DNA of 64,000 nt from Vicinamibacterales bacterium (lineage in GTDB: Bacteria > Acidobacteriota > Vicinamibacteria > Vicinamibacterales > UBA2999), in NCBI GenBank assembly GCA_036004405.1, contig DASYRM010000065.1, positions 5,674 to 69,673 on the forward strand, written 5' to 3'. Positions 37,928 through 47,387 of the stretch are shown one piece after another. Within the stretch, counting starts at the first letter, position 1. Every line of letters begins with the position of its first letter. The notes beneath the pieces were generated by a model. It did no database searches and was not told the DNA's origin. It worked only from the letters and a program-made list of their open reading frames with translations. Position numbers and translations under genes: made by a program.

Positions 37928-38311
37928 AATCGCCCAGTCGCGTTTGGACCGCTGCCAGGGCAAAACGACGCTACTCACGCCGAGGCGCTGGTGTGCCCGG
38001 TGCCGTATTTCAGGGACACCGGCGACCTGAAACCGATCTCGGTGCGGGTCGTGGTGAACGATCGCCACCATCTGTCCGGCATCGCGGCGTATCTGTGCGG
38101 CCGGGACTCGACCGGGCCGAAGATCTGCGACAGCGCCGACAACTTTCCCACGGTCTTCGGCACCTCGACGATCGAGCTGACGATTCAGCCCGTTGCCGCC
38201 ACACGGTTGGTCTGGATTGAAGTCGTCATTCCCGACAATGACGACGACGGCAACGCGTTCACCGACAACGACACCAGCGGCATGCTCGGTTATCGCGTGC
38301 TGCGGCCGTAG
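37925..38311 (+). CDS. hypothetical small protein (128 aa) with an Asp-rich DNDDDGNAFTDNDTSG segment
   Basis: There is strong GC3 bias over the whole ORF. The GTG start lies inside the right arm of the palindrome. No signal peptide or known family was recognised. Confidence 0.45.
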   Translation: MNRPVAFGPLPGQNDATHAEALVCPVPYFRDTGDLKPISVRVVVNDRHHLSGIAAYLCGRDSTGPKICDSADNFPTVFGTSTIELTIQPVAATRLVWIEVVIPDNDDDGNAFTDNDTSGMLGYRVLRP

Positions 38312-38331
38312 AAGACCGCCGACGACGAATA

Positions 38332-38403
38332 GGGACGGGCCGCCTGAAGGCGGCCCCTACGACAGAAGGGACGGGCCGCCTGAAGGCGGCCCCTACGACA
38401 GAA
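38332..38403. repeat. perfect tandem duplication of a 36-bp REP-like unit (2 copies)
   Basis: gggacgggccgcctgaaggcggcccctacgacagaa occurs at 38332-38367 and identically at 38368-38403. Each copy holds an 8-bp hairpin GGGCCGCC-tgaa-GGCGGCCC. The second copy contains the TAG and last 3 codons of the radical-SAM gene. Confidence 0.9.
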
Positions 38404-40138
38404 CGGTGAGAAGGCGGGCGTTGTCCTTCTGTCGCTTGGGAGGCAGCGTCCACTCTTCACGCCGCGCCTTGTCCATCTCGGCGCGGAAGAAGCTGTCCTT
38501 CATGCCGCCGTCGATGATGTCCCACGGCAGCACCGGGTCGGCGGAACGGTCGCGGAACACGTAGAAGTCGGCGTCCACTCCGGCTTCTTTCACCGCCGCC
38601 CGCCAGTTGCCGCCGTTGCGCTCGGCCGCCTCGATCGCGGGCGCCACGCGGCGATCGCCCAGCGACATCAGCGCCTGATAGAACGAGTGGCGCTCGGACT
38701 TGATGTTGAAGTAGACGTTCTCGATGTCGGCGGTGAGGCTGCGCAGCCGCTTGATCTTGCGGTCGATCGAGGCGTCGTCCTCCATCGGCAGCCACTGGTA
38801 GGCGGTGCCGGGCTTGGGGACGAGCGGGTTGACGCTGCCGACGATGCGGCCAACGTGGCCGCGCCCCTTGGCGTGCCGCATCATGATGTCGCGCATCGCC
38901 AGCGTCTGGTCGCGGATTGCCACCAGATCCTCGTCGGTCTCGGTCGGGAGGCCGATCATGTAATAGAGCTTCAGATTCTCCATCCCCGACGCGAAGATCA
39001 TCTCGGCGGCGGCGAGAATCTCGTCGTTGGTGATAGTCTTGTTCACCACGCGCCGCAGCCGGTCGGATCCGACCTCCGGCGCGATCGTGACCGTGCGCTC
39101 GCCGCTGGCGCGCAGCAGGTTGAGAATCTGCGGCGTGAGATCGTCGAGACGCAGCGACGCCGGGCTGATGCTGTAGCCCATCTCGGTCAGGCGCGTGAGA
39201 ATCTCCTCGATGTCGGGGTGGTCGCAGAGCGCAATCGACACCAGGCCGGCGCGATTCGAATAGGGTTTGGCGGCCGCGGCCAGCTGCAGGATGCGCTCGG
39301 TGGGAAACGCCCGCACCGGCAGGTAGTTGTAGCCCGCCCAGCAGAAGCGGCACAGGTTGGCGCAGCCGCGCACGACTTCGACGAGAAACCGCGACCCGAA
39401 CTCGGTGTCGGGCGTGAAGATCGACGTCACTGGCGGATCAACCGCCTCGGTCGTCTTGAGCGCCGCCTTGCGCACGACCGCAGGTGCGCCGGTGCCGTCC
39501 TTGGGCGCGAAGCGCTCGATCGAACCGGACTCCCGGTAGTGGACGTCGTAGAACGACGGCACGTAGTAGCCTCGCGACTGCGCCAGCCGCTTCAGCAGAT
39601 CGTCGCGATCCGACGCCTCGCGGAAAGCCGCGAGCAGCGGCGGGATGAGCGCCTCGCCCTCGCCGGCGGCAATCACGTCGGCGAAGAGTGCCAGCGGCTC
39701 GGGGTTCACGAACGTGACCGCGCCCCCGATGAGCACCATCGGGTCGTGATGGGTGCGCTGCTCGGCGCGGGCAGGAATGCCCGCCAGCCGCAGCATGGTC
39801 AGCACGTTGGTGTAGTCCCACTCGAACGACACCGAGAACGCCAGGATGTCGAAGTCGCGCACGAGCGTCTGAGACTCGAGCGTAACGAGCGACGCCCCGG
39901 AGGTCTTCAGCGCCGAAATCTCGCTCTTCGGCGGCAGGAAGACGCGCTCGCACACGATGCCGTCCTCGGCGTTGAACAGACGGTAGACCGTCTGGAAGCC
40001 GAGGTTGGACATCCCGACGAAGTAGGTGTTGGGAAACGCCAGCGCGACGCGCAGGCGGCCGGCGTGCGGTTTCCGCACGTAGCCGACCTCCTTGGCCAGG
40101 AGGGCCTTGGCCTGTTCACGCTGTTCCCACTGCCCCAT
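38393..40138 (-). CDS. B12-binding-domain radical SAM protein (TIGR03960-like)
   Basis: CxxxCxxC cluster in VVRGCANLCRFCWAG. The N-terminal Rossmann-like region is LRVALAFPNTYFVGMSNLGFQ. Length 581 aa. Confidence 0.88.
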   Translation of the reverse strand: MGQWEQREQAKALLAKEVGYVRKPHAGRLRVALAFPNTYFVGMSNLGFQTVYRLFNAEDGIVCERVFLPPKSEISALKTSGASLVTLESQTLVRDFDILAFSVSFEWDYTNVLTMLRLAGIPARAEQRTHHDPMVLIGGAVTFVNPEPLALFADVIAAGEGEALIPPLLAAFREASDRDDLLKRLAQSRGYYVPSFYDVHYRESGSIERFAPKDGTGAPAVVRKAALKTTEAVDPPVTSIFTPDTEFGSRFLVEVVRGCANLCRFCWAGYNYLPVRAFPTERILQLAAAAKPYSNRAGLVSIALCDHPDIEEILTRLTEMGYSISPASLRLDDLTPQILNLLRASGERTVTIAPEVGSDRLRRVVNKTITNDEILAAAEMIFASGMENLKLYYMIGLPTETDEDLVAIRDQTLAMRDIMMRHAKGRGHVGRIVGSVNPLVPKPGTAYQWLPMEDDASIDRKIKRLRSLTADIENVYFNIKSERHSFYQALMSLGDRRVAPAIEAAERNGGNWRAAVKEAGVDADFYVFRDRSADPVLPWDIIDGGMKDSFFRAEMDKARREEWTLPPKRQKDNARLLTVLS

Positions 40139-40166
40139 CGATCGAGTGTACTCGGTCGGGGAGGGC

Positions 40167-40233
40167 GTACGTAGAGGCGCACCTTCAGGTGCGCCTGCGC
40201 AGGCGGACCTCTTCGAGGTCCGCCTCTACGTAC
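40167..40233. repeat. composite REP-like element: two hairpins plus a 13-bp outer inverted repeat, overlapping the ftsZ stop
   Basis: Hairpin A is GGCGCACC-ttca-GGTGCGCC (40176-40195). Hairpin B is GGCGGACCT-cttcg-AGGTCCGCC (40202-40224). The outer arms are gtacgtagaggcg (40167-40179) and cgcctctacgtac (40221-40233). The ftsZ TAG is at 40228..40226. Confidence 0.8.
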
Positions 40234-41497
40234 GTCTCAGAAAGGCGGGGACGTCGAAATGCGAGGCCTGGTCCACCCCATCGGCGTTGCCGCCGGAGGC
40301 GCCGGCCCGCACCGCCCTGGCACCCGCGTCCACGTTCCGCAGCGGCACTTCAATCGTCGGCCGGCGTGAAATCGGCTGCGGCGGCGCTTCCGCCGGCTCG
40401 AGCGGCACCGGGCCGTTGCCCGCCGCGGCCATCACCCGCTGCGCGTATTCCTGGTAGCGCGTCATGTCCACCGGCGTCTGCGAGGCCCCCGACGCCGCCA
40501 CGCGGCTCGTCTTGCGATCGAACCCGGTGGCGATAACGGTGATCTTCACCTTGCCCACCAGCTGGGGATCGACCACGGCGCCGAAGATGATGTTGGCGTC
40601 CTCGTGCGCCGCCTCCTGGATGACGCAGGAGGCTTCGTTCACTTCGATCAGCGACAGGTCGGGACCGCCGGTGACGTTGATGATCACGCCGCGGGCGCCG
40701 TTCACCGTGCTGTCCTCGAGCAGCGGGCTGGCAATCGCCTTCTGCGCCGCCTGCATCGCGCGGTTTTCGCCCTCGGCGATCCCGGTGCCCATCATCGCCA
40801 CGCCCATGCCCGACATGATGGTCTTCACGTCGGCGAAGTCGAGATTGATCAAGCCCGGCACCAGAATCAGATCCGAGATGCCCTGAATCGCCTGCCGCAG
40901 CACGTCGTCGGCCAGCGTGAAGGCGTCGTTCATCGTCGTCCGGCGGTCGATGATCGAGAGCAGCCGCTCGTTGGGGATGGTGATGACGGTGTCCACGCAC
41001 TCGCGCAGCGCCTCGAGCCCCGCCTCGGCCTGCAGCGCGCGCTTCTTGCCCTCGAAGCGGAACGGCTTGGTCACGACGGCGATCGTCAGCGCCCCGAGCT
41101 CGCTGGCCAGGCTGGCGATCACCGGCGCAGCGCCCGTGCCCGTGCCGCCGCCCAGGCCGGTGGTGACGAAGATCATGTCGGCGCCCGACAGCGTTTGAAT
41201 GATGTTGTCGGTGTCTTCGAGCGCCGCCTGGCGCCCGATGTTGGGGTCGGCTCCGGCGCCAAGCCCCTTGGTGAGCTTGTGGCCGATCTGCAGCTTCACC
41301 GCCGACTTCGCGTGGTCGAGTGCCTGCAGATCGGTGTTGGCGACGATGAACTCGACGCCCTCCAGCCCCACTTCGACCATGCGGTTGACGGCGTTGCTCC
41401 CGCCGCCGCCCACGCCGATCACCTTGATCTTCGCGCCCCGTCGCGCGTCAGACGCCAGCGTCATACGCAGATCCGACTGTTCGCGGTCACGTGCCAT
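40226..41497 (-). CDS. ftsZ: cell division GTPase FtsZ
   Basis: Contains [13 protein letters not shown] and [15 protein letters not shown], with the C-terminal peptide [11 protein letters not shown] 41497 follows AAGGGGG; the track start at 41503 is a TTG two codons upstream. Confidence 0.97.
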   Translation of the reverse strand: MARDREQSDLRMTLASDARRGAKIKVIGVGGGGSNAVNRMVEVGLEGVEFIVANTDLQALDHAKSAVKLQIGHKLTKGLGAGADPNIGRQAALEDTDNIIQTLSGADMIFVTTGLGGGTGTGAAPVIASLASELGALTIAVVTKPFRFEGKKRALQAEAGLEALRECVDTVITIPNERLLSIIDRRTTMNDAFTLADDVLRQAIQGISDLILVPGLINLDFADVKTIMSGMGVAMMGTGIAEGENRAMQAAQKAIASPLLEDSTVNGARGVIINVTGGPDLSLIEVNEASCVIQEAAHEDANIIFGAVVDPQLVGKVKITVIATGFDRKTSRVAASGASQTPVDMTRYQEYAQRVMAAAGNGPVPLEPAEAPPQPISRRPTIEVPLRNVDAGARAVRAGASGGNADGVDQASHFDVPAFLRRT

Positions 41498-41509
41498 ACC
41501 CAACCCCCT

Positions 41510-42742
41510 TCAGAAGAACTCTTTGAAAATGCCCCAGATGCGGCCGGTCATCCGGCTGAACGCGCCGGCGCCGCCCTTGGCCAGCACCGGCGGCCGGTTG
41601 CGGTGCGCGTACAACGCCAGCCCCACCGGCGTCGCGAACACGGGGCTCGTCACGTGATCGGCCAGCCCGCCAACACCCGCGGGGTGCCCGCGGCGGATCG
41701 GCAGATCGAAGATCTGCTCGGCGATCTCCGGCATGCCCTCGAGGATCGCTGCCCCTCCGGTGAGGACGATCCCCGAGTTGAGCGACTTCTCGTAGCCCGC
41801 GCGGCGGATCTCGTCCCACACCAGGTGGAAGATCTCCTCGGCGCGGGGTTGCAGGATCTCGGAGAGGATGCGGCGTGCCATCAGCCGCGGCTTGCGGCCG
41901 CCCACGCTCGCCACCTCGATGGTGTCCTTCTCGTCCACCATCGCCGACAGTGCACAGCCGCTCTTGCGCTTCAGCTTTTCCGCATCGGGGATGGGCGTGC
42001 GCAGGCCGACGGCGATGTCGTTGGTGAAGTGCTCGCCGCCGACGGCCACGACGCCGGTATGCCACAGGCTGCCACGCTCGAAGATCGCCAGGTCGGCGGT
42101 GCCGCCACCGATGTCCACGAGCGCCACGCCGAGCTCCTTTTCGTCGGGCGTCAGCACCGCTTCGGCCGCCGCGAGCTGCTCGATCACCGTGTCCACCACC
42201 GTGACGCCGGCGCGGTTCACGCAGGAGACGATGTTCTGCGTAGACGAAGCGGCGCCGGTCACGATGTGCACGTTCACCTCGAGCCGCGTGCCCATCATCC
42301 CGATCGGCGCGCCGATGCCGTCCTGCTCGTCCACCACGAAATCCTGCGGCAGCACGTGCAGGATCTCGCGGCCGTTGGGCAGCGTCACCGCCTTGGCGGC
42401 GTCGATGGCCCGGCGCACGTCGTCACGGGTGATCTCGCGGTTCTTCCCGGCCACGGCAATGACCCCGCGGCTGTTGAAGCCCTTGACGTGCGGGCCCGAC
42501 AGCGCCAGGTGCACCGAGTCGATCTCGACCCCCGCCATCAGCTCGGCCTCCTCGATCGCCTTCTTGATCGAGTCCACGGCCGCCTCGAGGTTCACGACGA
42601 CGCCGCGCTTGATGCCGCGCGACTCCGCCACCCCGATGCCCACGATGTCGCAGCGGCCGTCGTCGAAGGTCTCGGCCACCACGCAACTCACCGTCGAGGT
42701 GCCCACGTCGAGCCCGACGACGTATCGCTCTTTACGCGCCAC
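41510..42742 (-). CDS. ftsA: cell division protein FtsA
   Basis: GTG 42742 follows GGAGGA and gives (M)ARKERYVVGLDVGTSTVSCVVAE. Also contains VDIGGGTADLAIF. The track ORF reaching 43621 is an over-extension. Confidence 0.93.
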   Translation of the reverse strand: MARKERYVVGLDVGTSTVSCVVAETFDDGRCDIVGIGVAESRGIKRGVVVNLEAAVDSIKKAIEEAELMAGVEIDSVHLALSGPHVKGFNSRGVIAVAGKNREITRDDVRRAIDAAKAVTLPNGREILHVLPQDFVVDEQDGIGAPIGMMGTRLEVNVHIVTGAASSTQNIVSCVNRAGVTVVDTVIEQLAAAEAVLTPDEKELGVALVDIGGGTADLAIFERGSLWHTGVVAVGGEHFTNDIAVGLRTPIPDAEKLKRKSGCALSAMVDEKDTIEVASVGGRKPRLMARRILSEILQPRAEEIFHLVWDEIRRAGYEKSLNSGIVLTGGAAILEGMPEIAEQIFDLPIRRGHPAGVGGLADHVTSPVFATPVGLALYAHRNRPPVLAKGGAGAFSRMTGRIWGIFKEFF

Positions 42743-43566
42743 TAGTCCTCCCCACGTGATTTCCGTTCCCGGGGCCGCACGTAGATCCGCTTGTCGAACC
42801 GCAGATCCACATAGTCGATGCCGTCCACTCGCTCGCGCAGCGCCGGCGCCAGCTCCAGGTACGCCTGCAGCCGCTCGGCGAACTTCTCGTGGCCGACCTT
42901 CAGTACGGCGGTGTCGTTCTTGAGCAGAACGGCCGCGTCGCGCACGTCGCTGACGTCGATCTGCGACACCATCCGCGCCAGATCGGGCTGCTGCTGCAGG
43001 CCCGCGATCAGGCGGCTGGCGAGGATGGCGCGTTCGCCGTCCACCAGCGTGGGGCCTCCGGCGGCCAGTCCGTCGATGATCGGCAGGTCGAGCGTCGCGT
43101 AGTTGGGGCCGAACTCGTCGATGATCGTGCCCTCGGGATCGACGAGCATGAGCCGATCGTTGAGACGCCCGATGCCCATCGGCTCGCGCTCGGCAATCAC
43201 CACCATGATGGTGCGAGGGAACACGCGGCGCAGCGTGGCATCGGCCACCCACGGGGCACCGCGCAGCTTCTCCCGCCACGACTCGAGGTCCACGGTGAGC
43301 ATGTGCGTGCCCTCGAGCCCCTCGAGTCGCGACAGCACCTCGCCGCGCGACATCCGCTGGTTGCCGTCGACGGTAATGCGCGCCACCTTGAGCGCCCCGG
43401 TGGTGAACATGAACGCCACCGACTCGTAGACGCAGAACACGCCCACCAGCACCGCCACGGCCACGCGGATGAGCGTGCCGCGCGACAGGCGCAACGCGCG
43501 CCTGCGGGCGGGCGACACGTGCGCGCGGCGGAACCGCTTGTCGCTCGGGGCGGCGACGGTTTTCAT
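42742..43566 (-). CDS. ftsQ: cell division protein FtsQ (POTRA + FtsQ domain)
   Basis: ATG 43566 is in an ATGA overlap with the murC stop. The protein starts [14 protein letters not shown], has a TM segment ([16 protein letters not shown]), then [18 protein letters not shown] (POTRA-like). Confidence 0.85.
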   Translation of the reverse strand: MKTVAAPSDKRFRRAHVSPARRRALRLSRGTLIRVAVAVLVGVFCVYESVAFMFTTGALKVARITVDGNQRMSRGEVLSRLEGLEGTHMLTVDLESWREKLRGAPWVADATLRRVFPRTIMVVIAEREPMGIGRLNDRLMLVDPEGTIIDEFGPNYATLDLPIIDGLAAGGPTLVDGERAILASRLIAGLQQQPDLARMVSQIDVSDVRDAAVLLKNDTAVLKVGHEKFAERLQAYLELAPALRERVDGIDYVDLRFDKRIYVRPRERKSRGED

Positions 43567-44975
43567 GCCCGCTTCTCCCGCTCCTGCAGCGCGAGGAGAA
43601 GCCGCCTGGGCACCGCCGCAATCGACCCCGCGCCGAGCGTCAGCACGGCGTCGCCGGGGCGCGCCGCGGCGGCCAGCTCCGCGGCCAGACGGTCGATCGC
43701 CTTCACGATGCGCACCGGCCGGCCGGTCGCGCGCGCCACCGACTCGGCCAGCGCTTCGACGGTGACGCCCGCGATCGGCTCTTCGCTGGCGGCATAGATG
43801 TCGGTGAGCACCACTTCGTCGGCTTCGGCGAACGCCGGTCCGAACTCCTGCATCAGCCGCTCGGTGCGGGTGTAGCGGTGCGGCTGAAACGCCACCAGCA
43901 GGCGGCGGCCCAGCGTCACCCTGGCAGCCGACAGCACGGCGGCGATTTCGGTCGGATGGTGACCGTAGTCGTCCACCACCAGGACGCCGTCGGCTTCGCC
44001 CACACGTTCGAACCGGCGCTCGGCGCCGTGGAACTCGCGCAGGGTGGCGGCAACGCCGGGAAAGTCGACGCCCAGCTCGGACGCCACCGCCACCGCGGCC
44101 AACGCGTTCTGCAGGTTGTGGCGCCCCGGCACCGACAGCTCCAGCGTGCCGAGTCGCGCCTCGTCGCGGCCGCTGCGACGATACACGGTGCACCGCCCGC
44201 CGAACGCCCCCAGCTGCACGTCACGGGCGCCGATGGCCGGTGGATCCGCAGGCGGCTCGGCGAGCCCGTAGGTCACCACCCGCCGCGTGATCGACGGACA
44301 CACCGCGCGCACGTGCGGATCGTCCACGCACGCCACCACCGAGCCGTAGAACGGCACCTTGTTCGCGAAGTCCACGAACGCGCGCTGCAGCTCGTCGAAG
44401 CTGCCGTAGGTGTCCATGTGCTCGTGATCGATGTTCGTCATCACCGCAATCGACGGCAGCAGCATGAGAAACGACCGGTCGCTCTCGTCCGCTTCCGCCA
44501 CCATGTAATTCCCTTGCCCCAGCCGCGCGTTGCTGCCAAAGGCGCTCAACCGCCCGCCGATCACCGCCGTGGGATCGAGCCCGGCGCGCTCGAGCACCAG
44601 CGCGATCATCGAGGTGGTCGTCGTCTTGCCGTGCGACCCCGCCACCGCGATCGAAAACCGCAGGCGCATCAGCTCCGCGAGCATCTCGGCCCGCGGAATC
44701 ACCGGAATCCCCCGCCGCGCCGCCTCGGCGATCTCCGGGTTCGTGCGCTTCACGGCCGAGGAGTAGACGACCACGTCGGCGTCGCCCACGTTGCCCGCCG
44801 CGTGCCCCTCGAACACGGTGACGCCGCACGCCGATTCGAGCCGCGCCGTCACCTCGGACCGTCTTGCGTCAGACCCGCTCACCACGTAGCCCAGGTTGGC
44901 GAGCAGTTCGGCAATCCCGCTCATGCCGATCCCGCCGATCCCGACGAAGTGCACCCGTCGCGTCCTACCGAGCAA
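43563..44975 (-). CDS. murC: UDP-N-acetylmuramate--L-alanine ligase
   Basis: Contains [17 protein letters not shown] and [12 protein letters not shown]. The TTG start at 44975 overlaps the murG end by 11 nt; an alternative GTG lies at 44954. Confidence 0.93.
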   Translation of the reverse strand: MLGRTRRVHFVGIGGIGMSGIAELLANLGYVVSGSDARRSEVTARLESACGVTVFEGHAAGNVGDADVVVYSSAVKRTNPEIAEAARRGIPVIPRAEMLAELMRLRFSIAVAGSHGKTTTTSMIALVLERAGLDPTAVIGGRLSAFGSNARLGQGNYMVAEADESDRSFLMLLPSIAVMTNIDHEHMDTYGSFDELQRAFVDFANKVPFYGSVVACVDDPHVRAVCPSITRRVVTYGLAEPPADPPAIGARDVQLGAFGGRCTVYRRSGRDEARLGTLELSVPGRHNLQNALAAVAVASELGVDFPGVAATLREFHGAERRFERVGEADGVLVVDDYGHHPTEIAAVLSAARVTLGRRLLVAFQPHRYTRTERLMQEFGPAFAEADEVVLTDIYAASEEPIAGVTVEALAESVARATGRPVRIVKAIDRLAAELAAAARPGDAVLTLGAGSIAAVPRRLLLALQEREKRA

Positions 44976-46044
44976 GCTCCAGCACCTTGTCCACGATCAC
45001 GCGCGCTGCATCCGGCCGCGCCATCCCGCGGGCAGCCGCGGCCATCCGCTGGCGCGTTCCGCCTTCGCGCGCCAGGCCGAGGATTTCGTCCGCCAGGCGC
45101 GCGCCGGTCAGCTCGCGCTGATCGATCACGCGCGCCGCGCCCTGGCGCACCAGCGCATCGGCATTGCGGCGCTGATGGTCGTCGGTCGCGGTGGGCAGCG
45201 GGATCAGGATCGCGGGCCGCCCCGCGGCCGTCAGCTCCGCCAGCGTCGTAGCGCCGGCGCGGCACACGATCACGTCCGCGGCGCGCATCTCCCGATCCAT
45301 CTCGTAGAGAAACGGCTCGACGCGCGCCGTCAGCCCCGCCGCCGCATACGCCTCACGCGCCATCGTCAGATCCCGTTCGCCCGTCTGGTGTGTGACCTCG
45401 ACTCCCGGCGTCGCCGCCGCCAGCGCCGCCGCGGCGGCGGCCATCGCCAGGTTGATGGCGTGCGCGCCCTGCGATCCGCCGAACACCAGCACCCGCGTGC
45501 GCCCGCCGGCCGCCGGCTCGCTGGCCGCGGGTGCAAAGAACTCCGGCCGCACGGGATTCCCCGCCACGAACGCCTTGTCCCCGAACGTCGCCAGGCTCTC
45601 CTCGTAGGTCACGGCCGCGGTCCGCACCAGCCGCGACAACAGGCGGTTGGTCAGCCCTGGCGTGGCGTTCTGCTCCATCAGGAGCGTTGGCACTCCGCGC
45701 AACGCCGCCAGCGCCACCACCGGACCCGAGCTGTAGCCGCCCACGCCAATCACCACCGACGGACGCCGGCGCGAAATCACCCGCCACGCGTCGAGCGCGC
45801 TCAGCGGCAGCAGCAGCAGCCCGCGCAGCAGCGCGAGCGGCGACTTGCCCTTCAGGCCGGCGCTCCGGATCGTGTCGAGCGTCAGCCCTTCGCGCGGAAT
45901 CACCCGCGCTTCGATCCCTGCCGCCGTCCCGACGAACGTCACCACCGCGCCCGGCACTCTGGCCATCAGCTCGCGAGCCACGGCCACGCCCGGGAACAGA
46001 TGGCCCCCGGTGCCACCGCCGGCCACGAGCAACGACACGCTCAC
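44965..46044 (-). CDS. murG: UDP-GlcNAc--lipid I N-acetylglucosamine transferase
   Basis: Starts (M)[18 protein letters not shown] from a GTG. The C-terminal half carries [19 protein letters not shown]. Confidence 0.93.
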   Translation of the reverse strand: MSVSLLVAGGGTGGHLFPGVAVARELMARVPGAVVTFVGTAAGIEARVIPREGLTLDTIRSAGLKGKSPLALLRGLLLLPLSALDAWRVISRRRPSVVIGVGGYSSGPVVALAALRGVPTLLMEQNATPGLTNRLLSRLVRTAAVTYEESLATFGDKAFVAGNPVRPEFFAPAASEPAAGGRTRVLVFGGSQGAHAINLAMAAAAAALAAATPGVEVTHQTGERDLTMAREAYAAAGLTARVEPFLYEMDREMRAADVIVCRAGATTLAELTAAGRPAILIPLPTATDDHQRRNADALVRQGAARVIDQRELTGARLADEILGLAREGGTRQRMAAAARGMARPDAARVIVDKVLELAR

Positions 46045-46085
46045 TCAACGTGCCCTCTGTGTGTGTGCCCGCCCTCGGGACCGGG

Positions 46086-47183
46086 TCATTCCGGCGCCTC
46101 GTGCTGCGAGATGTTGAGCAGAATGCCCATGCCAAGCAGGTTGATCAGCAGCGACGATCCGCCGGCGCTCACGAGCGGCAGCGGAATCCCCTTGGTCGGC
46201 ATCAGGCCGAGCACGACGCTCATGTTCACGAGCGCCTGGACGCCGATCATCGTGGTGATGCCGAGGGCGAGGAAGGCACCGAAGGCGTCCTGCGCCCGCG
46301 ACGCGATGCGAAGGCCGCGCCACGCGATCACGCAGAAGCAGACGAGGATGCAGGTCGCGCCCACGAGCCCGAGCTCCTCGCCGATCACCGCGTAGATGAA
46401 ATCGGTGTGCGGCTCGGGCAGGTAGTACAGCTTCTGCACTCCGGACATGAGCCCGCGGCCGAACACACCGCCCGAGCCGACCGCGAGCAGCGACTGAATG
46501 ATCTGGAAGCCGTCGCCCTGCGGGTCCGCCCACGGATCCCAGAACGCGAACAGGCGGCGGCGCCGGTAGTCGGCGCTCATCAGCACCACATAGATCGCCG
46601 GCGCCATCGCCAGCACGGTGCCGACGAGATAGCGATAGTTGAGCCCGGCGGCAAACACCATCGCCGCGACGATCAACAGCAGCGACATGGCGGTGCCGAA
46701 GTCCGGCTGCAGCAGAATCAGCCCCGCGAGCGCGCCGACGACGATCGCGATCGGCAGCATCGAGTAGCGCAGATCGTCGATCCGGTGCATCCGGCGTTCG
46801 AGGACGAGCGCGGTGAAGAGCACCGCCGCCAGCTTGGCCAGCTCGGAGGGCTGGATGCCCAGGCCGCCGATGCCGAACCACCGCCGCGTGCCGTTGACCG
46901 GCGCACTGAAGAGGACGGCGATGAGCATGAGGGTGACGAACGCCAGCCCGCTCCAGATGAAGGTGTCGTTGCGGTAGGCGCGGTAGTCCACCCGCATGGC
47001 CACGGCGAGCACCGCCAGGCCGAGCGCCGTCCAGAGCGCCTGCTTGGTGAGGAACAGGTTCGGCTGGTCGAACCTCTGAAGCGCCACCAGCGCCGAGGCG
47101 CTGTAGACCATGACGATGCTCACGCACACCAGCAGGAAGGTGGCCGTGAACAGCACGCGATCCGATTTGAGCTTTCTCGCCAT
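46086..47183 (-). CDS. ftsW: SEDS-family lipid II flippase / peptidoglycan polymerase FtsW
   Basis: About 10 TM segments. Contains HTDFIYAVIGEELG and GIPLPLVSAGGSSLL, which are SEDS signatures. Confidence 0.9.
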   Translation of the reverse strand: MARKLKSDRVLFTATFLLVCVSIVMVYSASALVALQRFDQPNLFLTKQALWTALGLAVLAVAMRVDYRAYRNDTFIWSGLAFVTLMLIAVLFSAPVNGTRRWFGIGGLGIQPSELAKLAAVLFTALVLERRMHRIDDLRYSMLPIAIVVGALAGLILLQPDFGTAMSLLLIVAAMVFAAGLNYRYLVGTVLAMAPAIYVVLMSADYRRRRLFAFWDPWADPQGDGFQIIQSLLAVGSGGVFGRGLMSGVQKLYYLPEPHTDFIYAVIGEELGLVGATCILVCFCVIAWRGLRIASRAQDAFGAFLALGITTMIGVQALVNMSVVLGLMPTKGIPLPLVSAGGSSLLINLLGMGILLNISQHEAPE

Positions 47184-47387
47184 AATTCAGCCCTAAAGTC
47201 CTTGCACGCTCGTACCGAAAGATGCACAGCCGGATCGGGTAAGATCCCGATCCCGCGTGAGCAGTCAGCAGTCATCAGCCGGCTCGTGGGACAGGCCACC
47301 CACCTCGCAGACTGGGGTTAGTCTGCGTTCCCAGCGGTAGGCTCCCGCCCGCGCCAAACCGACTGACGACTGCTCACGGCTCACGTT
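47184..47387 (-). other. structured 204-nt intergenic spacer between murD and ftsW
   Basis: Contains perfect 8-bp hairpins ggatcggg/cccgatcc (47232-47253) and cgcagact/agtctgcg (47306-47327). A 17-nt inverted repeat, gtgagcagtcagcagtc (47257-47273) and gactgacgactgctcac (47361-47377), matches 15/17. Confidence 0.7.

Noticed and set aside
38332-38403. Possible CRISPR array (36-bp repeats)
   Set aside because: The two repeat copies are directly adjacent with no spacers, there are only two copies, there are no cas genes, and the unit belongs to the dispersed REP-like family.
38193-38564. 123-aa ORF with the repeated peptide DGPPEGGPYDR
   Set aside because: The peptide repeat is just the translation of the tandem REP units, and the ORF overlaps the radical-SAM gene end.
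40604-47321. Long plus-strand ORFs across the dcw cluster (40604..42745 713 aa, 43878..45251, 44896..46395, 45531..47321 and similar)
   Set aside because: All are antisense to well-supported fts/mur genes. Their composition is dominated by R, A, G, P, H and D, and they have no conserved motifs.
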